From positions 4,018 through 68,017 of the forward strand of contig DAISXI010000001.1 in the NCBI GenBank assembly GCA_036825935.1: 64,000 nucleotides of DNA, given 5' to 3'. Positions 36,154-47,951 of this stretch are shown piece by piece; the first letter of the stretch is position 1; each line of letters begins with the position of its first letter. Both the position numbers and the translations under genes were made by a program. Under the pieces are notes generated by a model, which worked only from the letters and a program-made list of their open reading frames with translations, ran no database searches and was not told the DNA's origin. The stretch is from Hydrogenophaga sp. GTDB lineage: Bacteria > Pseudomonadota > Gammaproteobacteria > Burkholderiales > Burkholderiaceae_C.

Positions 36154-37017
36154 ATGCCAGACACAGCCCACACCACGATGGCATTCGCCAACCGCCGCTG
36201 GCGCGTTCGCCGTCCCAAACCTTTTGTCTTGGTGATTGAAGGCGAAGACGTCGACGGGCAAACCCAGCCCAACGACTACCTGCACGAGCAACTGCTGCTG
36301 CCCGAATGGCGCGAGGCCTTTTACCAGCTGGTCGATGACACGGGCTTGGTGGTCTGCCTGAACGTGCACACCCAACACCCCACCTACCGCGATGTGCGTG
36401 GGCGCTCCAGCAAAGGGCGCCTGAGCCAAGGCGAGTACTACCACCACGACGGCTGCACCGGGCCAGTGAAGCCGCGCTTTGTGGAAATCCGCTGCCCCAT
36501 CCAGCCGCAAAGCCGCGGCGTGGCCACCGCCGTGGCACCGCACCGCGATGTGGTCAAAGCCATGGTGCAGGTGCTGCCCGCCGAGCTGGCCGCCACGTCC
36601 GCGCTGGCGACACAAGACATGCGCCCCGAAGCCTTAGAACACATGGACGACGCCTCGCTGGACCTTTTGCAAGGCCTCATCACCCGCACCGTGCGCAAGA
36701 AGCTCAACGCCGAAGGCGCACGCAGCTACTTCCGCCAAGTGGATGCCGCCGCCAATGCCTACTTTGAACCTTGGGCCTTGGGCGAAAGCCGCTTCATCGC
36801 CAACGCCAACCGCGGCACCACCATGCAACACCGCCGCGCCTACCAAGCCCCACACACCGGCGGCGTGGCCAATGGCCACTTGGTCAAGCGCTGGACAAAT
36901 GAAGAGCTGCTGCTACCCGGCCAGGTGGCGGACCCAGCTTTGATGGCGGCGCTGTGCAGTGAAGAAGTTGAAGATGGGTGTGGGCCTGCAGCACAAGCAC
37001 CGTCAGCTTTTTCTTAA
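36154..37017 (+). CDS. Hypothetical protein, possible TauD/TfdA-like dioxygenase fold
   Basis: YYHHDG (HxD) and distal W..G...FIAN....MQHRR; normal codon usage. Confidence 0.6.
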   Translation: MPDTAHTTMAFANRRWRVRRPKPFVLVIEGEDVDGQTQPNDYLHEQLLLPEWREAFYQLVDDTGLVVCLNVHTQHPTYRDVRGRSSKGRLSQGEYYHHDGCTGPVKPRFVEIRCPIQPQSRGVATAVAPHRDVVKAMVQVLPAELAATSALATQDMRPEALEHMDDASLDLLQGLITRTVRKKLNAEGARSYFRQVDAAANAYFEPWALGESRFIANANRGTTMQHRRAYQAPHTGGVANGHLVKRWTNEELLLPGQVADPALMAALCSEEVEDGCGPAAQAPSAFS

Positions 37018-38202
37018 ATACACATAAGCGCCCACCAGCGGCTGGGCTTGGTCCAGTCGCAAAGGGGCACGGTGCACGTGGGCCCATTGCCAGCCGTGCC
37101 GCGCAGCGAGGCCCTGCAGGTAGGACAAAGCGTGTGAATAACGCAAGGTGTTGTGCAGCTGAACGTCAAAGCCAGGGTCTGCCTCCTCGACGGTAAAGGC
37201 CAGCCATGCACCCGGGCGCACGCGCGGACTCAAGGCCTCAAACACCGCATCAAGCGTGCCCACATAAATGAACACATCCGCCGCCAGCACCAAATCGGCC
37301 TGTTCTGAAGTCTGGTGCAAGAAGTCCACCACATCTTGGGCATGAAGGCTGTCGTAAATGCCCAGCTGACGGGCCTTGTTCACCATGGCTGAAGACAAGT
37401 CAACACCCACCAAATGGCCGGCGCGTTGGCGGATCAGCGGGCCGCACAAACCCGTGCCACAGCCCAGATCCCACACCTGTTCAAAGCGAGCGGTGGCATC
37501 GGCTGGCAGGTGTTCGAGCAGCACGCTGTGTCCTTGGTAGCCCAGTTGCCCAACCAAGTGGGCTTCGAAGTCATCGGCGTACTGGTCAAAGAGTTTCTCT
37601 ACGTATGACGCGGGCGGATTCACCATCGGCTGCTCTGGGCTTAGGGCGGCCAAATAAAAGTGATGGAGCTTAGGGTCTGCACCCAGCTCCAATGCACGCT
37701 GATATCCAGCAAGGGCTGATGCGGTCTGACCCATGTCGCGCTGCACATGGGCCAGCTGACTCCAAGCCTCGGCCCATTCTGGCTCGTGTACCAAAGCCTG
37801 CTCAAAGGCTTTCAATGCTCTGGATAAATGCCTTTCGTGCGCCAGACATTGCCCCCAACTCAAACAAAAACTGGCCCCATCGGCACCCAAGTCATGGGCT
37901 TTTTCATGGCAGTGCAGGGCTTGGGACCAGTTACCCAAGGCCATGTGCGTCAAGCCCCAAGCCATCCATGCGTCGGTTAGGGAGGCATCGGCGGCAAGGG
38001 CTTGGCCGAGGAAGTCATTGGCCCGCTCAAAGCGCCCCAGCTCCACGCAAGTCACACCCAAATTCATGAGCACCGAAGGTCTGCCGGGAGCCAGCCGTAA
38101 AGCTTCCTCGAAGAGGATCAACGCCGACTCAAACTGGTCGCGTTCAAACAGCTCTATACCGTCCAAAAAGGCCTGACGGGCTTGATTGAGTGAGTGGTCC
38201 AT
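37003..38202 (-). CDS. TPR + SAM-dependent methyltransferase
   Basis: TPR repeats; YVEKLFDQYADDFE, DLGCGTGL, AADVFIYVG. Confidence 0.92.
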   Translation of the reverse strand: MDHSLNQARQAFLDGIELFERDQFESALILFEEALRLAPGRPSVLMNLGVTCVELGRFERANDFLGQALAADASLTDAWMAWGLTHMALGNWSQALHCHEKAHDLGADGASFCLSWGQCLAHERHLSRALKAFEQALVHEPEWAEAWSQLAHVQRDMGQTASALAGYQRALELGADPKLHHFYLAALSPEQPMVNPPASYVEKLFDQYADDFEAHLVGQLGYQGHSVLLEHLPADATARFEQVWDLGCGTGLCGPLIRQRAGHLVGVDLSSAMVNKARQLGIYDSLHAQDVVDFLHQTSEQADLVLAADVFIYVGTLDAVFEALSPRVRPGAWLAFTVEEADPGFDVQLHNTLRYSHALSYLQGLAARHGWQWAHVHRAPLRLDQAQPLVGAYVYLRKS

Positions 38203-38215
38203 GGTGGCATCTGCC

Positions 38216-38935
38216 TCAAAAATGACCCGTGAAACGGTAGCGCGAAGCGGGATGCCACAACATGGCCACCGATGCCACTTGCCCCATGGATTGGGTCTGT
38301 CTGTGCAAAACCAGACATGGCTCTACAGCAGGAATATTCAGCATCTCCGTGATGTGCGTGGGTGGTAAGCAAGCTTCAATGTCAAACCGCACGCCTTGCA
38401 AAGGCGCTGTGCGCATGAGGTAGGCATTGGGCGTCAAGCTGCTGAAGTCTTGCGACATGTAATCCGGGGCCACACTGGGGTTGACATGCCGATCCTCCAC
38501 CTGGATCGGCTGGTCATTTTCAAAGTGAACCACCACAGAGTGAAACACCATTTGGCTGGATTTCAAGCCAAACTTTCGGCCCAATACTTCGCCAACTTTT
38601 ACACGCTCGAGGCAGTGAAGTTCGCTGCGGTGTCTATGGCCACGCCCCGCAATCTCATCCGCAATGTTGCGGATTTCAACCAGCGTTGATTGGTATTTGT
38701 TTTGCGCTACGTAGGTGCCGGAGCCTTGAATGCGTTTGACGATTTGCTCGTCTGACAACTCCCTGATGGCACGGTTGACCGTCATGCGCGAAACACCAAA
38801 TTGACGTGCCAAGCTTTCTTCGGCAGGTATGGCATCCCCATCGGTCCATGCACCATCACGAATCTTGGACAAAACATGCTCCTTGATGGCCTGGTAGGCG
38901 GGTTGGCGTTTGGTTGGCAGAATGGTTTTGGGCAT
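38216..38935 (-). CDS. hutC: Histidine utilization repressor HutC
   Basis: GntR HTH FGVSRMTVNRA + UTRA; divergent from hut genes. Confidence 0.95.
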   Translation of the reverse strand: MPKTILPTKRQPAYQAIKEHVLSKIRDGAWTDGDAIPAEESLARQFGVSRMTVNRAIRELSDEQIVKRIQGSGTYVAQNKYQSTLVEIRNIADEIAGRGHRHRSELHCLERVKVGEVLGRKFGLKSSQMVFHSVVVHFENDQPIQVEDRHVNPSVAPDYMSQDFSSLTPNAYLMRTAPLQGVRFDIEACLPPTHITEMLNIPAVEPCLVLHRQTQSMGQVASVAMLWHPASRYRFTGHF

Positions 38936-39013
38936 TTTTTTAGGTGTTTTCCCGTAGTTGCTGTGTTGAGTATTGACACGGATCTTAGCTCTAACTACAT
39001 TGGGCTTGCAGAG

Positions 39014-39057
39014 TTGTATAGACAATATTTCACCAAATCATTTATTTGTCTATACAA
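39014..39057. promoter_or_regulatory. Two HutC operator boxes
   Basis: TTGTATAGACAA (39014-39025) and its reverse complement TTGTCTATACAA (39046-39057), resembling TGTA-N2-TACA. Confidence 0.85.
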
Positions 39058-39125
39058 AACATGCAATTTAACCAGTTTTGAAAAATCGACTTCAAAGCAA
39101 CGCCATCACCCGAAAGGACTTAACC

Positions 39126-39355
39126 ATGAAATCTCGCAATTCTCGTTTTTCTTTAATGATCTCTGCTACCAATCACCCATTCAGCTCAGGCGCGATGGCA
39201 TGACCGTGCTGCTGGTGGAGCAAAACACCGAGCGCGTCTTGAAAATTGCGGACCACATCTGTGTCTTGGAATCTGGCAGCACCGTGTGGCAAGGCAGCGC
39301 CGAAGCTGCTTGCAACGATCCCAAGTTGACCGAAGCCTACCTTGGCATGCATTGA
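39126..39355 (+). pseudogene. Deletion scar of a Liv-type ABC transporter (leader start joined to LivF C-terminus)
   Basis: AAGGA RBS + ATG MKSRNSRFSLM; out-of-frame GMTVLLVEQN..IADHICVLESG...EAYLG. Confidence 0.8.
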
Positions 39356-39416
39356 AACTGCTTCGACACCTCAGGGCGATAAAGCGCCACTGTTTTTGAA
39401 CGAACCGACCCTTTTG

Positions 39417-40964
39417 ATGAAACCCCTTATTTTGAAACTCATTCCCGGTAACGTGACTTTGAACGACTGGTGCGCCATTTACCGAGGCGCCCAACCTGTG
39501 TTGGACAGCGCCTGTGCCGCTGCCGTGCAAGCCAGTGCCGACAGCGTGGCCCGCATCGTGGCCAAGGGCGAGCCGGTGTACGGCATCAACACCGGCTTTG
39601 GCAAATTGGCCAGTGTGCGCATTCCGGCCGAAGACCTGGAAACACTGCAACGCAACATCGTGCTGTCGCACGCGGCAGGTGTGGGCGAGGCCACGCCGGT
39701 GGCCATCACCCGTTTGATGATGGCCCTGAAAATCGCCAGTTTGGCCCAAGGTGCTTCGGGCATTCGCCCCACCACCTTGGCTTTGCTCGAAGCCATGTTG
39801 GCCCACGACATCATCCCCGTGGTGCCGGGTCAAGGATCGGTGGGCGCTTCCGGCGATTTGGCACCTTTGGCCCACATGACCGCGGTGATGATCGGCGTGG
39901 GCGATGCCGACACGCCCCAAGGCCGCATGCCCGCCGAACAGGCGCTGGCCAGCGCGGGCTTGGCCCCAGTGACCTTGGGCCCCAAAGAGGGCTTGGCGCT
40001 GCTCAACGGCACGCAGTTTTCAACCGCCCACGCCTTGGCGGGCTTGTTTGAAGCCGAACGCTTGTTTCAGTCGGCCTTGCTCACCGGCGCCTTGGCGACG
40101 GATGCAGCCAAAGGCTCGGATGCGCCTTTTGATGCCCGCATCCACCGCTTGCGCAAGCACCGGGGACAGATCGTCACCGCCGAGACTTTGCGCCAATTGC
40201 TCTTGGGCAGCGCCATCCGCGCCTCGCACCTTCACGGTGACGAGCGGGTGCAAGACCCGTATTGCCTTCGCTGCCAACCGCAGGTCATGGGGGCCTGCCT
40301 CGACGTCCTGCACAACGCCGCCCAATTGCTGGAGACCGAAGCCAATGGGGTGTCCGACAACCCATTGATCTTCAGCGACACCGACGAGTCCCTGTCTGGC
40401 GGCAACTTCCACGCCGAACCGGTGGCCTTTGCCGCCGACATGATCGCCATGGCGATTTGCGAAATCGGCTCCTTGGCCGAGAGACGCATCGCGATGTTGG
40501 TGGACCCAGCACTCTCGGGACTACCCGCTTTCCTCACCCCCAAGCCGGGACTCAATTCGGGCTTCATGATCCCGCAGGTCACCGCCGCCGCACTGGTATC
40601 TGAAAACAAGCAACGCGCTTACCCAGCCAGTGTGGATTCGATCCCCACCTCGGCCAACCAAGAGGACCATGTGTCCATGGCTGCGCACGGTGCACGGCGC
40701 TTGCTGCCCATGGCCGAGAACGCCATGGCGGTGATCGGCATTGAGTGGATGGCCGCGGCCCAAGGCTGCGACTTCCACGCGCCGCTCAAGACCAGTCAGG
40801 CCTTGGCCGCCACGGTGACATTGCTGCGCACACAGGTGGCGCACCTGAGCGACGATCGCCACATACAGCCCGACATGCAAGCGGCCATCGACATGGTCAA
40901 GAGCGGCGCACTGATCCAGTGCGCCTCTACGCTGACCAACACAGCCTTGCCTGGCGTGCGCTGA
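39417..40964 (+). CDS. hutH: Histidine ammonia-lyase
   Basis: [22 protein letters not shown] (MIO), [17 protein letters not shown]. Confidence 0.97.
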   Translation: MKPLILKLIPGNVTLNDWCAIYRGAQPVLDSACAAAVQASADSVARIVAKGEPVYGINTGFGKLASVRIPAEDLETLQRNIVLSHAAGVGEATPVAITRLMMALKIASLAQGASGIRPTTLALLEAMLAHDIIPVVPGQGSVGASGDLAPLAHMTAVMIGVGDADTPQGRMPAEQALASAGLAPVTLGPKEGLALLNGTQFSTAHALAGLFEAERLFQSALLTGALATDAAKGSDAPFDARIHRLRKHRGQIVTAETLRQLLLGSAIRASHLHGDERVQDPYCLRCQPQVMGACLDVLHNAAQLLETEANGVSDNPLIFSDTDESLSGGNFHAEPVAFAADMIAMAICEIGSLAERRIAMLVDPALSGLPAFLTPKPGLNSGFMIPQVTAAALVSENKQRAYPASVDSIPTSANQEDHVSMAAHGARRLLPMAENAMAVIGIEWMAAAQGCDFHAPLKTSQALAATVTLLRTQVAHLSDDRHIQPDMQAAIDMVKSGALIQCASTLTNTALPGVR

Positions 40965-41005
40965 AGAGCTTTGACACATTCATTTTTCATTTTCAAGGAG
41001 CCCAC

Positions 41006-42703
41006 ATGAGCACCCCCATCGACCCCCGCCTGGACCCAACCCGTGTGGTGCGGGCCCCGCGTGGCAACACGCTGAATTGCAAAAACTGGGTCACCGAAGC
41101 GGCTTACCGCATGGTGCAAAACAACCTCGACTCCGAAGTGGCCGAAAACCCGCAAAGCTTGGTCGTGTACGGCGGCATTGGTCGTGCCGCGCGCGACTGG
41201 GCCTGCTTTGACCAGATTTTGGCTTCCCTGAGGGACCTGAACGAAGACGAGACTTTGCTCGTCCAGTCGGGCAAGCCGGTGGGCGTGTTCAAGACGCACG
41301 CCAACGCGCCGCGTGTGCTGATCGCCAACTCCAACCTCGTGCCCAAATGGGCCAACTGGGAACACTTCCATGAACTCGACCGCAAGGGCCTGTTCATGTA
41401 CGGGCAGATGACCGCAGGCTCCTGGATTTACATCGGCACCCAGGGCATCGTACAAGGCACGTTCGAGACCTTTGTGGAGGCCGGGCGTCAGCATTACAAC
41501 AACAGCTGGACGGGCCGCTGGATTTTGACGGCCGGTCTGGGCGGCATGGGCGGTGCTCAGCCCTTGGCCGCCACGCTGGCCGGGGCCTGCTCGCTCAACA
41601 TCGAATGCCAGCAAAGCAGCATCGACTTCCGTCTGCGCACCCGCTATGTGGACAAGCAGGCCAAAGACCTGGACGACGCACTCGCCTTGATCAAACACCA
41701 TACCGCCGCCAAAGAGGCCATATCGATTGCCCTGCTCGGTAACGCGGCGGAGATCTTGCCCGAGCTGGTGCGCCGCGCCCAAGCCGGTGGCATGCGCCCC
41801 GACCTGGTGACCGACCAAACTTCGGCGCACGACCTGATCAACGGTTACTTGCCACCGGGCTGGACCGTGGCGCAGTGGAAAGATGCACAGCTCGACCCCG
41901 CACAACACGCCCGCCTGAAGGCCGATGCCTCACAAGGCTGCGCCACCCAAGTGCAAGCCATGCTGGACTTTCAGGCCATGGGCATCCCCACGGTGGATTA
42001 CGGCAACAACATCCGCCAAGTGGCGTTTGACCATGGTGTGAAAAACGCCTTTGATTTCCCCGGTTTTGTGCCCGCCTACATCCGCCCCATGTTCTGCGAA
42101 GGCAAGGGCCCCTTCCGTTGGGTGGCCTTGTCGGGTGACCCAGAGGACATCTACAAAACCGATGCCAAGATCAAGGAGCTGTTCCCCAACAACACCCACA
42201 CGCACCGCTGGTTGGACATGGCTCGCGAACGCATCAGCTTTCAGGGCTTGCCAGCCCGCATTTGCTGGCTGGGCTTGGGCGAGCGGCATTTGGCCGGTCT
42301 GGCCTTCAACGAGATGGTGCGCAAGGGCGATTTGAAAGCCCCGATCGTGATCGGACGCGACCACCTGGACACCGGCTCGGTGGCCAGTCCCAACCGCGAG
42401 ACCGAAGCCATGAAAGACGGCACCGACGCCGTGAGCGACTGGCCGCTGCTCAACGCCTTGCTCAACACCGCAGGGGGCGCCAGCTGGGTCAGCCTGCACC
42501 ACGGCGGTGGCGTGGGTATGGGCTACTCGCAGCACTCGGGCATGGTCATCGTGGCCGACGGCACCGATGCCGCCGCTGAACGCCTCGCGCGCGTGCTCGT
42601 CAACGACAGCGGCTCGGGCGTGATGCGCCACGCCGATGCAGGTTACGAACTGGCGGTTGCAACAGCAAAGAAACAGGGTCTGAAATTGCCGATGATCCGT
42701 TGA
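41006..42703 (+). CDS. hutU: Urocanate hydratase
   Basis: [27 protein letters not shown]. Confidence 0.98.
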   Translation: MSTPIDPRLDPTRVVRAPRGNTLNCKNWVTEAAYRMVQNNLDSEVAENPQSLVVYGGIGRAARDWACFDQILASLRDLNEDETLLVQSGKPVGVFKTHANAPRVLIANSNLVPKWANWEHFHELDRKGLFMYGQMTAGSWIYIGTQGIVQGTFETFVEAGRQHYNNSWTGRWILTAGLGGMGGAQPLAATLAGACSLNIECQQSSIDFRLRTRYVDKQAKDLDDALALIKHHTAAKEAISIALLGNAAEILPELVRRAQAGGMRPDLVTDQTSAHDLINGYLPPGWTVAQWKDAQLDPAQHARLKADASQGCATQVQAMLDFQAMGIPTVDYGNNIRQVAFDHGVKNAFDFPGFVPAYIRPMFCEGKGPFRWVALSGDPEDIYKTDAKIKELFPNNTHTHRWLDMARERISFQGLPARICWLGLGERHLAGLAFNEMVRKGDLKAPIVIGRDHLDTGSVASPNRETEAMKDGTDAVSDWPLLNALLNTAGGASWVSLHHGGGVGMGYSQHSGMVIVADGTDAAAERLARVLVNDSGSGVMRHADAGYELAVATAKKQGLKLPMIR

Positions 42704-42706
42704 GCC

Positions 42707-43276
42707 ATGTTGCAGCACTTCGACACAGCCCAATTGGCTGTCAAAGCTTGGAAAAACGGCGGGGGCAGCACGCGGGAGATCGTCTGCAGTCCCGTGGGCG
42801 CTGACGTTGAGGATTTTGTTTGGCGGGTCAGCATCGCCACCATTGCGCAGTCGGGGCCGTTTTCGATCTTTGCGGGTGTCGACCGGATCATCATGCTGGT
42901 CAATGGCCAAGGGGTGCACTTGAAGTCCCACAGTGCCATCGATCACCGCCTGGACCAAGCCGGCGTCCCTTTTGCTTTTCCTGGCGAGGCGGTCATCGAT
43001 TGCACCTTGTTGGGTGAGGCCTCCACGGATTTCAATGTCATGACCCAACGCGGTCGGGTGCGTGCTGAAGTCTCGGTTTTGCGCGAAGCCACCATGCTGC
43101 CCCCATCGCCACGTGGGCTGTTGTGGGCCATGCAAGGCACGTGGGACATGATGGGTTGGTCCATCTGTACCGAGGGACAAGGTTGGTGGTGGGATGGGTC
43201 GGTCCATGCCGGCATGGTCACGCCCAAAGAAGCCCACTCGTCCTTGGTTTGGGTTCATTTAATGGAAGAGGCGTGA
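42707..43276 (+). CDS. hutD: HutD/Ves family protein
   Basis: [24 protein letters not shown]. Confidence 0.93.
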   Translation: MLQHFDTAQLAVKAWKNGGGSTREIVCSPVGADVEDFVWRVSIATIAQSGPFSIFAGVDRIIMLVNGQGVHLKSHSAIDHRLDQAGVPFAFPGEAVIDCTLLGEASTDFNVMTQRGRVRAEVSVLREATMLPPSPRGLLWAMQGTWDMMGWSICTEGQGWWWDGSVHAGMVTPKEAHSSLVWVHLMEEA

Positions 43277-43277
43277 C

Positions 43278-44543
43278 ATGCAAACCCGTCCCAACGCACC
43301 GATTTCATGGCCCAGCGCCGATGGTGTCTGGCACACGCTTCGGCCCATGCCGGGCGCCCTGGAAGACCCCACGCTGGAGACCGCTGAGCTCACCCTCGTG
43401 GTCCTGAACGGTCACATCGCTTGGATGGGGGCCGCCAAGGACTTACCCACAGTCCACCGCGATTTGCCCCATTTCGATGGTGCTGGCGCACTGCTCACAC
43501 CGGGCTTGGTGGATTGCCACACCCACCTGGTCTACGGCGGCCATCGCGCCAACGAATTCGCCATGCGACTGCAAGGGGCCAGTTACGAAACCATTGCAAA
43601 AGCCGGTGGTGGGATCGTCTCCAGCGTGCGCGCCACGCGTGAGGCCGACGAAGACGCGCTGTTTGCGTCTGCCTCGCACCGGCTCGAAGAGTTGTTGGCC
43701 GAAGGCGTCTGCGCCATTGAAATCAAATCGGGTTATGGCCTTGCCTTGGCTCACGAAAGAAAGCAATTGCGGGTGGCGCGCCAATTGGGTGAAGCCCACG
43801 GTGTCACGGTGCGAACCACCTTTTTGGGTGCACACGCCCTGCCCCCTGAATACCTTGGCCGCAGCCAAGCCTACATCGACCTGGTCTGCCATGAGATGCT
43901 GCCCGCGTTGGCCGCCGAAGGTTTGGTCGACGCCGTCGATGTGTTTTGCGAACGCATCGGTTTTTCACTGGCTGAGACCGAGCAAGTCTTCCAAGCCGCT
44001 CAAGGGCTGGGTCTGCCTGTCAAATTGCACGCTGAGCAACTCTCCGACATGGATGGGGCGGCGTTGGCGGCCCGATACCATGCCTTGTCTTGCGATCACA
44101 TCGAACACCTCAGTGCCAAAGGGATTGAAAGCATGCAAAAGTCTGGCACCGTCGCGGTGCTGTTGCCTGGGGCTTACTACACCCTGCGTGACACGCACCT
44201 ACCGCCCATTGAAGCCTTGCGCTCTGCCGGCGTGCCCATGGCCGTGAGCACCGACCACAATCCCGGCACTTCCCCGGCCCTGAGCCTGCTGTTGATGGCC
44301 AACATGGCCTGCACCTTGTTTAAATTGACTGTGCCTGAAGCTTTGGCTGGCATCACCCGCCATGCCGCACGTGCACTGGGCTTACAGGACACACACGGCA
44401 CCTTGGGCATCGGGCGGCCGGCCAACTTCGTTCTTTGGCGCGTCCAAGAGGCTGCCGAGTTGACCTACTGGTTTGGCCAGCGTCCCGTGCGCTCCATCGT
44501 TCGCCAAGGCCGCCTTGTGCAAGGATGGGCTCAAACAACATGA
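43278..44543 (+). CDS. hutI: Imidazolonepropionase
   Basis: [28 protein letters not shown]. Confidence 0.97.
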   Translation: MQTRPNAPISWPSADGVWHTLRPMPGALEDPTLETAELTLVVLNGHIAWMGAAKDLPTVHRDLPHFDGAGALLTPGLVDCHTHLVYGGHRANEFAMRLQGASYETIAKAGGGIVSSVRATREADEDALFASASHRLEELLAEGVCAIEIKSGYGLALAHERKQLRVARQLGEAHGVTVRTTFLGAHALPPEYLGRSQAYIDLVCHEMLPALAAEGLVDAVDVFCERIGFSLAETEQVFQAAQGLGLPVKLHAEQLSDMDGAALAARYHALSCDHIEHLSAKGIESMQKSGTVAVLLPGAYYTLRDTHLPPIEALRSAGVPMAVSTDHNPGTSPALSLLLMANMACTLFKLTVPEALAGITRHAARALGLQDTHGTLGIGRPANFVLWRVQEAAELTYWFGQRPVRSIVRQGRLVQGWAQTT

Positions 44544-45937
44544 ACCAAACACTCTTTGCTCAAGATGCCCTGCTGCCCAGCGGATGGGCGACCAACGTGC
44601 TGCTGCAGTGGAACCAGCAGGGTCAACTCACGGATGTGCAGGCCAATGCAATGCCGCCACCCGGCGTACCCCAAGCCCCTGGACCGGTGCTGCCGGGCAT
44701 GCCGAATTTGCACTCGCACGCATTTCAGCGTGCTTTCGCTGGTCTGACCGAATACCGGGTCGACGCCAACGACAATTTTTGGAGCTGGCGCACGCTGATG
44801 TACCGTTTTGCCTTGGCGTTGACGCCCGATCAACTGCAGGCCATCGCCACGTGGCTCTACATTGAGATGTTGGAAGCCGGCTATACCCAAGTCTGCGAAT
44901 TTCACTACCTCCACCACGATTCGAGCGGACAGCCCTACGCCGACGACGCCACGCTGGCCACTTGCCTGCTGCGCGCAGCACAGAACGCAGGCATCGCGCT
45001 CACGCTGCTGCCGGTGCTGTACCAAAGCAGCGGTTTTGGTGGCACCAGCCCCAGCGATGGGCAGCGGCGCTTCATCCGCAGCACCGACAACATGCTGAAT
45101 CTCTTGGCCAAATTGAAGCCCCTGTGTGAGGCGCAAGGCGCCAGGCTGGGCCTGGCACCGCATTCGCTTCGCGCCGTGCCTCCCGTTGGCTTGCGTGAGG
45201 CAATTGCCGGCTTAGATGCCATGGACAAGACGGCACCCATCCATATCCACATCGCCGAGCAGACGGCCGAGGTGGATGCGTGTGTGGCTTGGAGTGGGCA
45301 AAGGCCGGTGGAGTGGTTGCTGAACCACGCGGATGTGAATCCGAGGTGGTGCTTGGTGCACGCCACGCACATGAGCGAACAGGAATACCAGCGGGCAGCC
45401 ACCAGCGGCGCGGTTGCTGGCCTGTGTCCCAGCACCGAAGCCAACTTGGGCGATGGTCTTTTCAATGTGCCTCGATGGTTATCGAACGGTGGTGCATGGG
45501 GCGTGGGTTCGGACAGCCACATCACCGTGAATGCCGCCGAAGAACTGATGCTGCTGGAATACGGTCAGCGACTGGCCCTTCGCCAGCGCAATGTGCTGGC
45601 CCATGCCCAGCACCACCAAACGGCCACCGCCATGACGCTGGCGGCGGTGGCGGGTGGTGTTCAAGCGGCGGGTCGTGCCACAACCGGTCCATCCACCGGT
45701 TTGGCGCTGGGCCAACCCGCAGACATGGTGGCCTTGGACGCCGGCCACCACGCCATGGTGGGGCTCAGTGCACCAGAGATGTTGTCCGCTCACGTCTTTG
45801 CCAGCAACCGCACGTCGGCGCTGCACAGCGTGTGGGTGGGTGGTCAAGCACGTGTGCTCGCTGGGCGCCACGCCTTGCGCGAATCAGCCGCCCAGGCTTT
45901 TTTGGGGGCTCGTCGCGCGCTCATCGCCGAAAGCTGA
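44540..45937 (+). CDS. hutF: Formimidoylglutamate deiminase
   Basis: [35 protein letters not shown]. Confidence 0.96.
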   Translation: MNQTLFAQDALLPSGWATNVLLQWNQQGQLTDVQANAMPPPGVPQAPGPVLPGMPNLHSHAFQRAFAGLTEYRVDANDNFWSWRTLMYRFALALTPDQLQAIATWLYIEMLEAGYTQVCEFHYLHHDSSGQPYADDATLATCLLRAAQNAGIALTLLPVLYQSSGFGGTSPSDGQRRFIRSTDNMLNLLAKLKPLCEAQGARLGLAPHSLRAVPPVGLREAIAGLDAMDKTAPIHIHIAEQTAEVDACVAWSGQRPVEWLLNHADVNPRWCLVHATHMSEQEYQRAATSGAVAGLCPSTEANLGDGLFNVPRWLSNGGAWGVGSDSHITVNAAEELMLLEYGQRLALRQRNVLAHAQHHQTATAMTLAAVAGGVQAAGRATTGPSTGLALGQPADMVALDAGHHAMVGLSAPEMLSAHVFASNRTSALHSVWVGGQARVLAGRHALRESAAQAFLGARRALIAES

Positions 45938-45940
45938 TCC

Positions 45941-46753
45941 ATGAACACACCATCCACCCAAGCGCCTTTTATGTTTCACGCGGGCACTCGCCCACTGCTG
46001 GTATCGATGCCGCATGTGGGCACCCATATTCCCGCTGAGATTGCCCGTCGCCTCACGCCTGAAGCACGCCAAGTCCACGACACCGACTGGCACCTCGACA
46101 GGCTCTACGCCTTCGCCAAGGACATGGGCGCGTCCATCCTTCAAGCCACCCATTCACGCTACGTCGTGGATTTGAATCGCCCACCCGATGGGGCCAGTCT
46201 CTATCCTGGCCAAAATGTCACCGGCCTGTGTCCCGTGGATACCTTTGACAGCACGCCGCTGTACCTCGATGGCGCAGGTCCAGACGAGCCAGAGATCTCG
46301 ATGAGAAGGGATACCTATTGGCGCCCTTATCACGATCAACTGGCCAAAGAACTGTCGCGCATGAAGGCCCGTCATGGCGTGGCCGTGTTGTGGGATGCTC
46401 ACTCGATCCGTTCGGTGGTGCCTCGTTTTTTTGAAGGCAAGCTGCCCGACTTCAACCTGGGCACAGCCGATGGTCTGAGTTGCTCCCCTGTGCTGGCACA
46501 GCAGCTGCTGGCCATCGCCCAAGCAGCCCCAGCTTACACAGCCGTCCTCAATGGCCGTTTCAAAGGCGGCCACATCACCCGCCACTACGGTCAGCCCTCG
46601 TCGAACGTGCACGCCATTCAGCTGGAAATGACCCAGTGCAGCTACATGCAAGAGGCCATGCCTTTTGACTACCTGCCCGAGCGCGCCGAGCGGACACAAC
46701 CCACGCTGCGTGCCATGCTAGAAGCGGTACTGGCCTATGCACAACGGACCTGA
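45941..46753 (+). CDS. hutG: N-formylglutamate deformylase
   Basis: SMPHVG, DTDW, DAHSIRS, NGRFKGGHITRHYG. Confidence 0.96.
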   Translation: MNTPSTQAPFMFHAGTRPLLVSMPHVGTHIPAEIARRLTPEARQVHDTDWHLDRLYAFAKDMGASILQATHSRYVVDLNRPPDGASLYPGQNVTGLCPVDTFDSTPLYLDGAGPDEPEISMRRDTYWRPYHDQLAKELSRMKARHGVAVLWDAHSIRSVVPRFFEGKLPDFNLGTADGLSCSPVLAQQLLAIAQAAPAYTAVLNGRFKGGHITRHYGQPSSNVHAIQLEMTQCSYMQEAMPFDYLPERAERTQPTLRAMLEAVLAYAQRT

Positions 46754-46895
46754 TACGGTCCGAAAGGGTCTGATGGAAACCAGCGCATTTTGGGATCAGC
46801 TGCATGAAACCTAAGTGCAATTTAAACTTGTAACAACCATCAACCTTCCAACACCATCCTCGGACCATCTTGCTAGAGTGAGATTTACATTACCC

Positions 46896-47951
46896 ATGAG
46901 CACTTATCTCAGAAACACTTGGTACGTTGCTGCACTATCGCCAGAAATTGGTCGCGAACCAAAGCCCATCCTGATCTTGGGTGAAGCTGTGGTGCTGTAC
47001 CGCACCCAAGCCGGCGCCGCTGTGGCGCTGGAAGACGCCTGCCCACACCGCAAGCTGCCCTTGTCCATGGGGCGCATCAAGGGCGACGCCATCGAATGCG
47101 GCTACCACGGCCTCACTTTTGACTGCACTGGACAATGCATTGATGCTGCCACCCAGACCCGCATACCGCCCTTTGCCAAGGTGCGCAGCTACCCCGTGCA
47201 AGACAAGTATGGTCTGCTGTGGATCTGGATGGGGGATGCAGCGTTGGCGGCCGATCATCCGGTGTTCGAGATGGAACACCACGGCCAACCGGGATGGGGC
47301 TTGACCAAGGGCGACCAGTTGCTGGTTGACTGTCACTACTTGTGGCTGGTGGATAACCTGCTCGACCCCTCCCATGTGGCTTGGGTGCACCGCAACTCTT
47401 TTGCCGGCGCCGGTACCGACAATACGCCCTTGCAGATCGCCGCCGATGCCGGTGGCGTGATCTGCAGTCGGTGGCTGATGGACCAGCCACCACCCCCGTT
47501 CTACGCCCCACTGGTGAAGTTTTCCGGCCATGCCGACCGGTTGCAACATTACGAAGTGCGCTATCCCTCACTGGCAATCAACATGGGCATTTACACCCCC
47601 GCTGGCAAAGGGGGTCCTGGCATGGTGGACGGGCCAGAGACCTACCGCATGGTGTCGTACAACTTTCTAACACCCATCGACGAGAACCATACCCGCTATT
47701 TCTGGCTACAGCACCGCAACACCGATGCCGACGACGAGGCGCTGACCCAGCGTATCGCTGCCGGAGCCAAGGCCGCGTTTGAGGAAGACAAGGTGATCCT
47801 CGAAGCCGTGCACCGCGGCATGAAAAACCGAACCACCCAGACCACCGGCCTGCTGCTCGATGCCGCTGCCACCCGTTTCCGCGCAGGGCTGACAGCAATG
47901 ATCGAGGCTGAGGTCAAAGCCAGGCCTCAGGCCGCGGCAGGCTCTTTGTAG
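46896..47951 (+). CDS. Rieske non-heme iron oxygenase alpha subunit (VanA-like)
   Basis: CPHR...CGYHG; DNLLDPSHVAWVH. Confidence 0.92.
   Translation: MSTYLRNTWYVAALSPEIGREPKPILILGEAVVLYRTQAGAAVALEDACPHRKLPLSMGRIKGDAIECGYHGLTFDCTGQCIDAATQTRIPPFAKVRSYPVQDKYGLLWIWMGDAALAADHPVFEMEHHGQPGWGLTKGDQLLVDCHYLWLVDNLLDPSHVAWVHRNSFAGAGTDNTPLQIAADAGGVICSRWLMDQPPPPFYAPLVKFSGHADRLQHYEVRYPSLAINMGIYTPAGKGGPGMVDGPETYRMVSYNFLTPIDENHTRYFWLQHRNTDADDEALTQRIAAGAKAAFEEDKVILEAVHRGMKNRTTQTTGLLLDAAATRFRAGLTAMIEAEVKARPQAAAGSL

Noticed and set aside
39417..40964. hutH seeming more alphaproteobacterial than the neighbouring hut genes
   Set aside because: Impression from memory only; needs a phylogeny
38216..46753. hut pathway as a novel system
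   Set aside because: Standard five-step HutHUIFG route with HutC and HutD
46757..46866. GGTCCGA...TCGGACC inverted pair as MITE ends
   Set aside because: Only 7 bp, no second copy or target duplication seen
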